Shown piece by piece: positions 48,881 to 61,405 of a stretch of DNA of 64,000 nt. Position numbers and translations under genes: made by a program. Source of the DNA: the human T2T-CHM13v2.0 reference genome, Homo sapiens; NCBI RefSeq assembly GCF_009914755.1, contig NC_060940.1; one strand, 5' to 3'. Position 1 is the stretch's first letter; the number at the start of each line of letters is the position of its first letter. The notes beneath the pieces were generated by a model that worked only from the letters and a program-made list of their open reading frames with translations, was not told where the DNA came from and did no database searches.

Positions 48881-49773
48881 TGTCCATCTGGGTCTAGTCA
48901 GGAGAGAGAAACCACAGAACAGTTTGAGCAAAGAAAATTTAATATAAAGAATTATTAACTACAGCAGGAGATTGGAGTAATGAGGGACTGGCCAGTAAGA
49001 AGTAAAGAAAACTCTAAAAAATACAGGAATAGATATATGGAGCATCTGCTACCCCAGAGCTGACTTATTAGGACACACCCATGGCTCACTGCATGGCAGA
49101 AAAGCCACATTGTGGAACTTGTTGGAAATCTGTCTTCTAAGGCCTTAGGACTGGGCCATGGCCTTAGGACTGGGCCACACAGTGGGAGGTGAGGCCCTGG
49201 TGATGGAGCTTTCCTGCCTGAGCTCCGCCTCCTGTCAGATCAGTGGTGGCATTAGATTCTCATAGGAGCGCGAACCCTATTGTGAATTGGGCATGTGAGG
49301 GATCTAGGTTGCATGTTCCTTGTGAGAATCTAATGCCTGATGATCTGAGGTGGAACAGTTTTACCCTGAAACCATCCCCACAACTCCCTTCTGTGGAAAG
49401 ATTGTCTTCCACGAAACCAGTCCCTGGTGCCAAAAAGGTTGGGGACTGCTGCTCTAAGATGCCTGAGAAAGCTGTTCATGGGAAGGTACTTGAAGGAGGC
49501 TCTGGGGAAAACTTCAGGGTGTGGTTGCAGCTGTGCACTGTGGGAGCCTGGTGCTGGGAGAGAAGACTGCCTGGCAGGAGGCAGGTCTCTTCACCAGAAC
49601 CAGCAAGCAAAACTCTCACCTCCTCCAGTGTCTCTCCAGTGCCTTTAACTGAAGCTTAACATCGTGCTATTTGACAAAGGAAAATGATTTAAAAGGATCA
49701 GATCCATTTTTCCAAAGCAAGCAAAAAAGGGTGAATTTGGAGCTGAGAGGCTATATATGTTGATAACCAGCAC
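48881..49773. mobile_element. Old ERVL-type solo LTR (LTR41/LTR33-like) with nested MER1B
   Basis: TG...CA termini; gtcaggagagagaaaccacag...aatataaagaattattaac motif. Confidence 0.5.
49141..49451 (+). mobile_element. MER1B-like hAT MITE; left TIR lost, 19-bp tandem duplication at its start
   Basis: ggcattagattctcataggagcgcgaaccctattgtgaa...ggtgccaaaaaggttggggactgctg. Confidence 0.82.
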
Positions 49774-50774
49774 AGTGACTGAGAAATACAAATAGTCATG
49801 ACATCCTAAGTGAAGACATGTCTGCTGCCAAAAAGATTATATGATGCATTTCAAAGCCAGATATTTCGGTATTTTATTCTTACACTGTTTTCTCTCTTGA
49901 CGGAGAATTGACTCAAATTCTTTCCTTCACTTTTAATAAAAGCATCAGGCAAATAGATACACCTAGACAACAGCCAGTGGCAATGAAGTACCTTTTGAGT
50001 AAAACCATTAGTTCACTGGAAACTGTACGGGCAGGAATAGTAGACAGGAAATACAGGGAGGAAAGAAAGTTGTCTAAATACCCTCTGTATACTGTCATAC
50101 ACATTATATATTTGATGTTAAAGATGTACAAGGGCCTTCTACTGTCACCAGAATGGACTGGCTTCCTTCTGCTGGTACATAGCTGTCATTCCAGGATCAT
50201 TCTTCACCATTATTGTGCATCCCTTTCACTTCCTTCCTGTTTGGATTGCATCTTGTTAGTATCCAGAATCTTCCACTTTCTTGATATATTCCTTTGTTTT
50301 TTTGGGGCACATTTTCTAACACCATCCCGAGAAAGGTTGCATGGGAAGTAAATTGTTTTGTGACTTCATATAGCTGAAAATGTCTTTGTTCCCCCCTGCC
50401 ACTTGATTGATAGTTTGGCTGGTTATAAAAATCTAGGTCTGAAATAATTTTCTTTCAGAATTTTAAAGTAATTTCTTCTTTATTATTTAACTTTCATTTA
50501 CAAGTATGAAGCCATTCTGATTCTTGATCCTTTCCATATAGCCTATTTTTCTTTCTGAAAGCTTGTAAGACTTTTTTCTTTATTTCTCGTATCCTGAATT
50601 ATTATGATGATGTGCTCTGGAGTGGGTCTATTTTCATCCGTTACTGAGAGTACTTCCTTAATAGTCTTATCTTTTTTGGTTGGGGGGACATTACTTTTTT
50701 TCAGGTGTTGAACCTTCTGGACTGATCTTCCAGTTTTCTTAACTTATCTCTCATTTTCTTTTTTAAAAAATTAT

Positions 50775-50898
50775 TTAATAAATTTTAAAAAAAATAGAGG
50801 TGGGGTGTCGCTGTGTTGCCCAGTCTGGTCTTGAACACCTGGGCTCAAGCAGTCCTTCCAAAGTGCTGGGGTTATAGGCATGAGCCATGTGCTCAGCC
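50775..50898 (-). mobile_element. Alu monomer (FLAM-like)
   Basis: Left-monomer reverse complement. Confidence 0.78.
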
Positions 50899-52126
50899 AT
50901 CTGTCATATTTTCTGCCTTTGTCTCTTTGTTCTCTTTTCTAGGAGATTTCCTCAACTTTTTATCTTGACCCTACATTTAAAAAAATTTTTTTTTCAATCA
51001 TTACCATTTTTTGCTGGCTTATGAATGTTTCTTTTTATGTCATCGTACTCTTGTTTTATGTACACAATATCCTGTCTTTTCCCTCTGGGAAGATTACGAT
51101 GAATTTTTCTTTTTTCCTTGAACTTTTCATTTTAGCACAATCTTTACTTCCTTTAAGTTACCTTTTTTCTTATCAGTTTTGTTCCTGTCTTTTATCTTTG
51201 TTAAATATCTAATGAGTCCTGTTTGCTTGATTTTAAGAGCAGTGCTCTAAAACAGTTTCTTAACCAATGTGCCAAAAAAACATGTTGCAAGTATGTGAAG
51301 ATACTGATGGTGTCAGTCTTCAGAGTAGCTGAGCAGCATCTCCAAATGCTGGGGGCCCTGTCCAGCCATGAGCCTACAGGCCGCCTCTGTTTAGCCCAGA
51401 GTAATACTACGTTTTCTGTGTATGATGTGACATGAGAAAGTTTTAGAAGTACAGCTTCAAAATGTGCAGGAAGCTCAGAGCCCTATAGGTTAGACTTGTT
51501 GAACACAGGTTTTGCTGTTGTGTGATCAAACTGGGTCATTTTCTTAGGGCAGATTGATGTCTGTGCCCTTGGGTCTGTACCCTTGGGCTGATCAAGTCCT
51601 CCAGAAGAGTCTTTGTTTCTTGCTTGGAAGATATGTTCTGGCTTTCAGTATTTTAGGAGCAGAGTTGAGAGAAAAAGACTAATGGTCCAGCATTCAGTAT
51701 GTAAACATTCTGTTAACCCTCTCAGTTACAATACACCTACCCTCAAATGTGCCTGGTGCTCCCCTGTCCAGAGACTCTCAGTTGTATACTCTTCAAAATA
51801 TAAGTCATTTGTCTTCCACTGGAGCTAGGGAGAGTCTTATTGAGCTCTACAGGGAAGATGTGTATCCACATGGAAGGAGAATCCGGAAATTCAACTATTT
51901 CCTAAGACTTTGTTAACAGTTCTGTTTTTAGCTTATCTTTCACCCCCTGCCCCACCCCGACCCCGTCCTCACCTACCCTGTACTACCAGTTCCCGGAGCC
52001 TTTGGGAAGTCTTCAGTCCAATTCAGGTTGAGTCTCGGCTTTGCTTACTGCTAAATTAGGATTAAGTTTCCTCAGATACTCCAAGTCAGTTACCCTTGTC
52101 TGTTTTCTAGCATATGAAATTTCATT

Positions 52127-52420
52127 GGCTGGGTGCGGTGGCTCATGCCTATAATCGCAGCACTTTGGGAGGCTGAGGTGGGCAGATCAGTTTAGGAGTT
52201 CGAAACCAGCCCGGGCAAGATGGTGAAACCCCGTCTCTACAAAAAGTACAAAAATTAGCTGGGTGTGGTGGTGTGAGCCTGTAGTTCCGGCTACTTGGGG
52301 GGCTGAGGCAGGAGAATCACTTGAACCCAGGAGGAGGAGGTTGTAGTGAGCCATGATTGCGCCACTGCACTCCAGACTGGGTGACAGAGTGAGACCCTGT
52401 CTCAAAAACAAAAATAAAAG
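52127..52420 (+). mobile_element. Alu
   Basis: Full dimer. Confidence 0.9.
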
Positions 52421-53249
52421 AAATTTTGTTAATATTATTTCCTGTTCTGTTTGTATTCAGTCTACCAAAAGTCTGATCCTTTGTTGACTTTATTGTAGAA
52501 GTCTGAATGCAAATAATGAGTTTAAATATTTGTTTCTAAGAAGTTCTCCCTGTAACTCACTATTTGGATTACAGTATTTGAAGGTGTGCTTTTCTTTTCT
52601 TAGAAAACATGGTTGTTAGGTAGCAGGTAACACAGTGTCAATCTTGAGATTTAACAGAGTTATAATTCATACCAAGAGCATGTTTCAAAGCTATTTTTAA
52701 ATTTCACTTGAATTTTTTTTTAAACCTTAAATTTTCTTAGTAAAAAATAACAGGAATATCTAGATATAAGTTCTTAAAACAAAAAGCATTGACCGAAAAA
52801 TTGTTCTTCAAATTCTTCATCAGTTTGTTTAAGAAGTCTTTTTTTTTTAAGTTTTTTAAAAGGCCCCTTTTAAAAAGTTCATGTCTGTTAAATGATTAGT
52901 ATCACAAATATGTAAAGAACTCCTACACCGCAATGTGAGGACAGTTAGTGAAAAATGAACAAGAAACATGAACAAACGTTTTGCAAAAGGGGAAACGTGG
53001 CTACAAACATACAAAGAGATGTTCAGCACCTGGGTAGTAAGAGAATGCAGATGATAACCACAGTGAGATACCATATTTCACTCATTCAATTGACAAAACT
53101 TAAGAAGTGTGACAGATTCAAATGTTGTAGAGTTTATGAATCCGCAGATGCCCTTACACATACATAGTATATGAGGCTGTAAACAGCGCCACCTACTATG
53201 GAGAATAAGTAGCATAATTCTACTCCCAGGAGTAGACCCAAGGGAAATT

Positions 53250-53579
53250 TTTGTTTATTTATTTATTTACTTACTTAATTTTTTTTTTTTTTTGAGGCAG
53301 AGTCTCGCTCTGTCACCTAGGCTGGAGTGCAGTGGCATTATCTCAGCTTACTGCAACCTCCATCTCCCAGGTTCGAGCTATTTTTGTGCCTCAGCCTCCT
53401 GAGCTGCTGGGATTGCAGGCGTATGCCACCACCACTCCCAGTCGATGTTTGCATTTTTAGTAGAGATGGGGTTTCACCATGTTGGCCAGGCTGGCCTCGA
53501 ACTCCTGGCCTCAAGTGAGCTACCCACCTCGGCCTCCCAAAGTGTTGGGATTACAGGCGTGAGCCACTGCACCCAGCCG
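53250..53579 (-). mobile_element. Alu within an old L1M fragment
   Basis: Full dimer. Confidence 0.9.
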
Positions 53580-54342
53580 AAAAATTCTTTAACATAGCAC
53601 AAAAGAGTCATATGCAATAATAGTCATAGCATCACAGTTTGCAATATCGAAAACCTGGAGACAACCCCAGATGCCCATCAACAGGAAAATGGGATATTGC
53701 ACAGCAGAAAGAACTAAAGAACCAGTGTGATATGCACACCTCTATAAAATTTTAAGTCATTTATATAAAACAATAATGCAAAATGGATGACTAATTATAA
53801 AACAAGTTAAAATTTAAAATATATATTTCACGGATGCAGTAATAAAGCAAGGAAAAAGTGAGCATAGGATTTGGGATAATGGTTACTTCAGATGGTGGAA
53901 GCAGAGGAATGGATTGGTGGGGAAGACCATCTGGTTAGAAGCGGGCTATTGACAAGGTCTTAGCTTTTGTTTTGGATGGCAGGTTTGTGGAGTCCTTGTT
54001 ACATTATTGAAGATTAATTAGAGAATTCAATACATTAGAAAATAAGCCTAAAGGGACTGGGATTTCCAAGGTGAAATACAGATTCATGGTCATGTGGATC
54101 TTAGTTCTTTGGTCATCTGTTTTGTTTTTGTTTTTTAAGAAGTAGCATTTGGGATCCTGGGACCAATGTTTTGTAGTTGAAAGTTATAGAAATACATAGA
54201 CCTAAAGTTAACGAACTAAATTTTCTAGGTGGGGATTCATATACTGATAAGTATCTTATACGTTATAGAGTTTTGAGTACATAAATATTTATAGCTATTT
54301 CTGTTCTTTCATAGAAATTTTACATTTTTTTCCCTTTCTTAG

Positions 54343-54457
54343 GACAAAGTTAAACTATAATCCTCCAAAAGATGATGGATCAACTTATAAGATTGAACTT
54401 GAAGGGATATCGGTAATGGTTATGAGAGAGATCCTGGATTACATCTTCAGTGGGCAG
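54343..54457 (+). CDS. GAN: Gigaxonin coding exon 2 (BTB domain)
   Basis: Acceptor tccctttcttAG, donor CAG/GTATGA. 115 nt, continues the frame: TKLNYNPPKDDGSTYKIELEGISVMVMREILDYIFSGQ. Not in the ORF track; read directly. Confidence 0.96.
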
Positions 54458-55769
54458 GTATGATGAGAAACAAAGGAAGGAAGACCTAAGTAGAGGCTTC
54501 TCAAGCTCAGGGTGAGGGTCTCCTTTCATCCATTATATGACAAAGTAGCACTGTCATCTTCATCTTCTGTCACTGTGTGCATTGACTGACATTTCCTACT
54601 GGTAATGGCACCCCATGTGTGTTCTTCCATGGCTGTGCTCCTAGAGAAGCAGAGGAAGTAAGATCTTAGACTCAAATCTCAGTTTGTTGCTACCATTCTG
54701 AGCTCCACCTTCTCATATGAGATATTAAAGAACATGGGATGCTGCCCTGACTGCTGTGTTTTTGGTTTTTGCTTTGGAATCCCGATTCCAGTCTTGCTTT
54801 GTATCCATATGACTGGGGATACAAAACTTGTTTTGTCTCCATAGCATGGAAATAGGAACTTCCTGGGGCGTTGTGGATTATTTGGTAGAAATAGAGAGTT
54901 CCTTGTAGATCATTCCCAGAGAAAGATGACTGACAGACATGACAAGCACCTTATTCACGATGCCCTGGTCCTGTTGCCTCAGTAGTACCCACATCCCTGC
55001 CCCACCCTTATTCTCTCTTCCCTCTCCATGTCCACTTGAACCTCTGGGGACTTTGTGATACCCAGGGAGGAGAATGATAAACGATCAGACTTCTTTCTTT
55101 TCCTTTGCCCTCCTCCGACTACCCATTCCCCATGACGTGATTTCAAGCAAAGCATGAGGACTCAAGAAAAATCTTCCGTGTGAATCAGGGCTAGTTTTTT
55201 GTTTTGTTTTTTTAACAGAAGGAAGAGGTCAGTGCATCTTACCTTTGGCTGTGTGAGAATGCATTTCATCTTTATTCTTTCTGAGATCTTGTTCCCTACT
55301 CTCTCCTTTATTCTTTCTTTATCCCTCTTGTTTTCCTTTCTGTAGGGGCTGTTTGTCTTACATATTTTCTAAGTATTCTGAATGTATTGCTTTCTTTATC
55401 TAAATATATTCATTCTGTCCAGAGTTAAACGCAGTGATTCTCATCCTTTTTGAAGGTTTTGGTTTGATTTCATGCTTTCTCTCTTCTCTCAGCACTAGTG
55501 GGTGGGTGTGTACGTGTATGATTGTTAAAAGTAAATGAATTTAAGTTAATCTGGGGACAGCCCAGAGATGCTCTGTAGCATCACATAACCAGGGCTAAGA
55601 CCAACCTCTCCTCCACCTTGTAAAGTCAATCCAGCAGCAGTTATTAGTATAATGAGTTATAAGCCAGTAAGAGCCTATTCATGTTCAGGCTTGGATTTGA
55701 AAGTTGAAACATTATTTACAGATTGAGTTCTGTGATTTGTTCCCAATTTAAATTTAAAACGATAGTTGG

Positions 55770-56067
55770 GGCCGGGCGCGGTGGCTCACGCCTGTAATCC
55801 CAGCACTTTGGGAGGCCGAGGCGGGTGGATCACGAGGTCAGGAGATCGAGACCATCCTGGCTAACACGGTGAAACCCCGTCTCTACTAAAAATACAAAAA
55901 ATTAGCCGGGCGAGGTGGCGGGCGCCTGTAGTCCCGGCTACTCGGGAGGCTGAGGCAGGAGAATGGCGTGAACCCCAGGGGGCGGAGCCTGCAGTGAGCC
56001 GAGATTGCGCCACTGCACTCCAGCGTGGGCGACAGAGCGAGACTCCGTCTCAAAAAAAAAAAAAAAA
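55770..56067 (+). mobile_element. Young AluY (AluYe-like) in intron 2
   Basis: Near-consensus with CpGs retained; perfect TSD aaaacgatagttgg (55756-55769 / 56064-56077). Confidence 0.95.
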
Positions 56068-57165
56068 CGATAGTTGGAATGTAAGTTATAACAAACTCCT
56101 GAATTGGCAGTTTTGTTTTATTGAAATGCAGTTGAGTGTTTTTTTCACGTGCCTATATTTGAAGAGTCTACAGCTGCCTGCTGTCTTGTGGCTAAATGTA
56201 ATGTCATATAAATGGAACATTTTCCCCTACTTGTGGCTTACTCACCATACTACTTTCCACATTTTTGTTGCTCAGTTTCTAAGATGATTGGCAATTATAC
56301 TTTTTTAAAAATCTGTGGTACAAAAAGTGTAAAATGTAAAAATGTTTCTTGCTATACTCTTCATGAAGTCTCCCTTGCATTTGCGAATGTGGGTGAAGTG
56401 CCCATGCTTTGGGGTCGTCCACTTAGGACTGTGGCAATATTTTAGAGAACTGTTTCTTTCCTGATGCTTTGGAGCACTGTGAAGTCAGTGGAGGAAGAAG
56501 CATTAGTCAGAAAATTGAAGAAAATTAAGGAAAAGTAGATGTTCATAATGAGAAAAAAAAAACACCCTTGTATTAGGGATTTATTCCAAAAAGTAGTTTT
56601 GAGACCTAAGTGTATCTGTCTGTGTACCAAATTGCACTGCGTACAGTGTTTTGGGATGCGGAATGAGGCTTCTGAAACACTGGAAACCCCTCTCCCTTCA
56701 AGGGGTTAGCATTCAGGTTGGCATGCCATTTAGCGGAAGAGTGAACTTCATAGGTGGGGAGGCAAGATTTTCATCAGTTCTGATGCTGGTACTTAATCAT
56801 GTTGACTTTACCATAGAATGTAGAACTTTCCATTTCCCAAGCATTTGAGTCATTAAGGTTTTTCTCTGAATTACAGAAGTGAACAACATGGACAGTTCAC
56901 CCTAAAAGGGTTATTGGTGGTTGACATTGGTACAGCAAGGGCAGAGCTGGGAAAAGTTAACCAAGCACACATTTGCTTATGTTGGTGCCTTCCAACTCTT
57001 GGAAAAAAAAAAAAAAATGCTGGGTTAAACCATATGAAATTGCCAATATTCGATTATCTTTGATCTAAAATAAATGGAAATTTCATGTGGCCCCAATTAA
57101 TAGGTTAGTGGTTTGGGTTTTAAATGTACACATTCAAATATAAGATAATTATGCTACTTTTTTAG

Positions 57166-57516
57166 ATCAGGCTAAATGAAGATACAATCCAAGATGTTGT
57201 TCAGGCAGCTGACCTGCTGCTACTGACGGACCTTAAAACCCTGTGCTGTGAGTTTTTGGAAGGCTGCATTGCTGCTGAGAACTGTATTGGTATCCGTGAC
57301 TTTGCACTACATTACTGCCTCCATCACGTTCATTACCTTGCCACAGAATACCTGGAGACTCATTTCCGAGACGTCAGCAGCACGGAAGAATTCTTAGAGC
57401 TGAGTCCTCAAAAGCTTAAAGAAGTGATTTCTCTTGAGAAGTTAAACGTTGGCAATGAAAGATATGTCTTTGAAGCAGTAATTCGATGGATAGCACATGA
57501 TACAGAAATAAGAAAG
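57166..57516 (+). CDS. GAN: Gigaxonin coding exon 3 (end of BTB, BACK domain)
   Basis: Acceptor ctacttttttAG, donor AAG/GTACCT. 351 nt; IRLNEDTIQDVVQAADLLLL...VFEAVIRWIAHDTEIRK, typical BACK motifs. Confidence 0.97.
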
Positions 57517-58139
57517 GTACCTGTCATTTATAACATGGTCAAATTTGCCTTTTTATTTCTTTTTAATTCAAATTTTAGTTGTTTTATTTTTCTTCTTCAT
57601 CATGAAAGACTTACGATGCAGCAATCTAAAAGATACCTGTAAAACATGTTCCCCTATATCATGAAAGCAGTTGGTTTTTCAGACCAGTCTGCAAAAGCCC
57701 ATGCCACACAATATATCAGTGAAAATATTAGCCCTTGTAAGGAGCGTAATATCCTTTGTATGTTGTTTTTAATGGGAAAATGCATTTCAAGCTTAAGCTG
57801 GAGATTATAGAAACGCAGTATCCCCACCCTTGCTCTCAGCATCCTGACCTACTATATCACTAGGCTAACCTCTGCCAGGCCTCAGGTGCCTGCAGCAGGC
57901 AGGGGGGTGGCACGTGGATCGATGGCAGGGGTGGAGGGGCATGGGCCTGAGGAGCTTCAGGTGTGATTGACACCACGCAGGAGAAAGCAGGCAGGCTCTG
58001 GAGTTTGTGTGGCAGTGCAGTTTCAAGAGGGAAGGTTCTGGGAGTGAAGGTCTTAAAGAATATCAGCCTCTAGATCCAAATTGTGAATACCTTGGAGGAA
58101 GGAGCAAAATCACAGGACTTGAGGGTTTTGAGGGGGCAG

Positions 58140-58423
58140 AGAGTCTCAGTCTGTCTCCCAGGCTGAAGGGCAGTAGCCAGAGTGGCACGATCATAGCTCA
58201 CTGCAGTCCCAACCTTCCTGGCTGAAGTGATCTTCCCACCTCAGCCTCCGAGTAGCTAGGACCACAGGCGTGTGCCACCATGCCTAGCTAATTGTTTGAT
58301 TTTTGTAGAGACAGGGTCTCGCTGTGCTGCCCAGGCTGGTCTCAAACTCCTGTGCTCAAGCAATCCTCCCACTCTAGCTTCCCAAAGTGCTGGGATTACA
58401 AGTGTGAACCACCATGCCCAGCC
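58140..58423 (-). mobile_element. Alu (AluJ-like) in intron 3
   Basis: Diverged dimer lacking a clear poly-T tail. Confidence 0.87.
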
Positions 58424-59545
58424 AGGACTTCATTTTTAAGTCTGATTATTATAAATAAGACACTAGCTCCAATTACTGTTTTCAAAATAAGAAATATATT
58501 AGGTGTTAGAGAGTGGATCTCACAATGTATAATTTTACTGTTAATTGTTCTTGTAAGTTAAAACTGGACTGTTAAATTTTGATGATTATCTTATAATTTT
58601 TTGAATTCTGTAAGCCCATAAGTATGCATGTTTAGAAACCATATTTGTAGTATTGGTTTTAATTGGGACAGGTAAGGACAGGTAGTGTTCTGCTTTCCAT
58701 GTTAGTTGGGGAAATTGGTAAAGGAGATAGAAAAATGAGAAAAATTTCCTATGTGCTCCCACTCACCAAGACCACAGTGGGACATGCTGCTCCTTGCCAG
58801 CTTCCGTCCTGCCCTCTTCTTGCCTTAAAGCAAGGGAGATGCTTAAGGTTGGCTGGTTGCTGGGAAAACGAGGCAGTTCTTTGTCCTTTGGTCAGTTTAA
58901 ACTTCATGCTGTAAAGACAGTTGATTTTTAAAACTCACAGTTTTATTTTACATTTATAAAATACTTTCGTCAGTTCAAATTTAGTGATTGAGCAGTAAAA
59001 GTGTAAATTCATATTAGTCGTCTTAGATATTTTTGAACAGTAATTACTGCAAAAATGATTATATAGTACTCAGGTTTTTTTTTAAACTTTGGCTTTTGTA
59101 TATTTTTCTTGTATTATTAATGTTGATGTCTAAGTTTACCATATTGTATTGAGGTATTACTGTATATAATATTTGTATAAACATGATTTAACTCATGGCA
59201 CATCCAAATGTGTGAAATAAAGCAAATTATAGCTGGTTCTTTTCCTGTCTTTTCCTATTGAAATGGGAATCCTTTAAGGTGTAAAGGAAGCTGCTTGAAA
59301 CTTTTACAGTGATACCTCAAATAAACTGATGATTTTTAAAAATTAAACTTTTACTTATCAAGACTCTGGGAAGTAGACAGTTAGGGCCAGGAGAAGATAT
59401 TCAAGCAGCACGAGTGTGTCTCACTTGCCTGGTAATAACCTGAGTGTTAACAGTTTGTTTTCCATGAGGTGGAAAATGTAGATTCTAAAAATGATGTGTT
59501 GCATTTTCCATTGTTTTCGCCCCATCTTTCTTCCCTCTTCTGCAG

Positions 59546-59763
59546 GTCCACATGAAGGATGTTATGTCAGCTCTGTGGGTTTCAGGGTTGGACTCCAGTT
59601 ATTTACGGGAACAGATGCTGAATGAACCATTAGTACGAGAAATTGTCAAAGAGTGTAGCAATATACCGCTCAGCCAGCCGCAGCAAGGGGAGGCGATGCT
59701 GGCCAACTTCAAACCCCGGGGCTACTCTGAGTGCATCGTGACTGTTGGTGGAGAAGAGAGAGT
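59546..59763 (+). CDS. GAN: Gigaxonin coding exon 4 (BACK end, start of Kelch 1)
   Basis: Acceptor ttccctcttctgcAG, donor AGT/GTAAGT. 218 nt; VHMKDVMSALWVSG...PRGYSECIVTVGGEERV. Confidence 0.97.
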
Positions 59764-59871
59764 GTAAGTATGAGGTGGGACTTGTTTGAAAAGTGGTGTA
59801 TGGGAAGAGGTAGTTCCATGTAAACAAGAATTCATAATGCTTTTCAGTATCTAAAACATAATTACATTTGA

Positions 59872-60461
59872 TTTTTTTTTTTATACTTTAAGTTTTAGGG
59901 TACATGTGCACAATGTGCAGGTTAGTTACATATGTATACATGTGCCATGCTGGTGTGCTGCACCCATTAACTCATCATTTAGCATTAGATATATTTCCTA
60001 AAGCTATCCCTCCCCTCTCCCTCCACCCCGCAACAGTCCCCAGAGTGTGATGTTCCCCTTCCTGTGTCCATGTGTTCTCATTGTTCAGTTCCCACCTATG
60101 AGTGAGAATATGCGGTGTTTGGTTTTTTGTTCTTGCGATAGTTTACTGAGAATGATGATTTCCAATTTCATCCATGTCCCTACAAAGGACATGAACTCAT
60201 CCTTTTTTATGGCTGCATAGTATTCCATGGTGTATATGTGCTACATTTTCTTAATCCAGTCTATCAATGTTGGACATTTGGGTTGGTTCCAAGTCTTTGC
60301 TATTGTGAATAGTGCCGCAATAAACATACGTGTGCATGTGTCTTTATAGCAGCATGATTTATAGTCCTTTGGGTATATACCCAGTAATGGGATGGCTGGG
60401 TCAAATGGCATTCCTAGTTCTAGATCCCTGAGGAATCGTCACACTGACTTCCACAAGGGTT
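59872..60461 (-). mobile_element. 5'-truncated young LINE-1 3' end (L1PA2-4 like) in intron 4
   Basis: Poly-T followed by the canonical L1 3'UTR reverse complement (tatactttaagttttagggtacatgtgcac...). Carries the GAG diagnostic, not the Ta-type ACA. Confidence 0.93.
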
Positions 60462-60570
60462 TTTAAAAAATGTTTTAAATATTCTTTAGTAAACTAAAAC
60501 TAGTGATGGCTACTTATAAAAAGAACTGTATGAAGCACATTAACTACTGATCACTTATTTACTTCCTTAG

Positions 60571-60692
60571 TTCACGGAAACCCACAGCAGCGATGCGATG
60601 CATGTGCCCTCTCTATGACCCTAACAGGCAGCTTTGGATCGAACTGGCCCCTTTAAGCATGCCGAGAATTAACCATGGAGTTCTCTCAGCAG
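60571..60692 (+). CDS. GAN: Gigaxonin coding exon 5 (Kelch repeat); CDS continues beyond window
   Basis: Acceptor acttccttAG, donor CAG/GTACCG. 122 nt; SRKPTAAMRCMCPLYDPNRQLWIELAPLSMPRINHGVLSA, with the Kelch YDP..W..LAPL..PR motif. Confidence 0.96.
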
Positions 60693-61093
60693 GTACCGTT
60701 CTGTGGCAAATTTTCCTTAAACAGCAGATCAAGTAATGTGTAATCTCAAGGTTTTACAGAATGACTCAGAGCCTTTTAAAGATACAATTTTATTATCTCT
60801 ACATGACATTTTTAGTGTAGTTCTAGCTTCTGAGACCGTGGTTAGGAAAACCGTATTTTCTGTCAGTCCTTATTATCTCTGTATCTTCAGCACATAGCTG
60901 CTTTTAAGAACTACTGGAGAAGCAGTTACTTGATGACTTAATGTCAGGAGAGCAAACTTCAGTGATGCTTACCACTAAGTAGCTGTAGGGCCACACCTGG
61001 AACACAGCGTTTCTTTGCACCATGGTAGTCCCATCTTTGAAATTCATGCAGCTTAGAATTACAATATGTAATTATATAAAATATGTTATATAA

Positions 61094-61405
<312 letters not shown>

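Noticed and set aside
57517-57642. In-frame read-through of exon 3 into intron 3 as an alternative C-terminus
   Set aside because: A good donor exists at 57517, the tail is low-complexity and Phe-rich, and I see no convincing nearby poly(A) signal.
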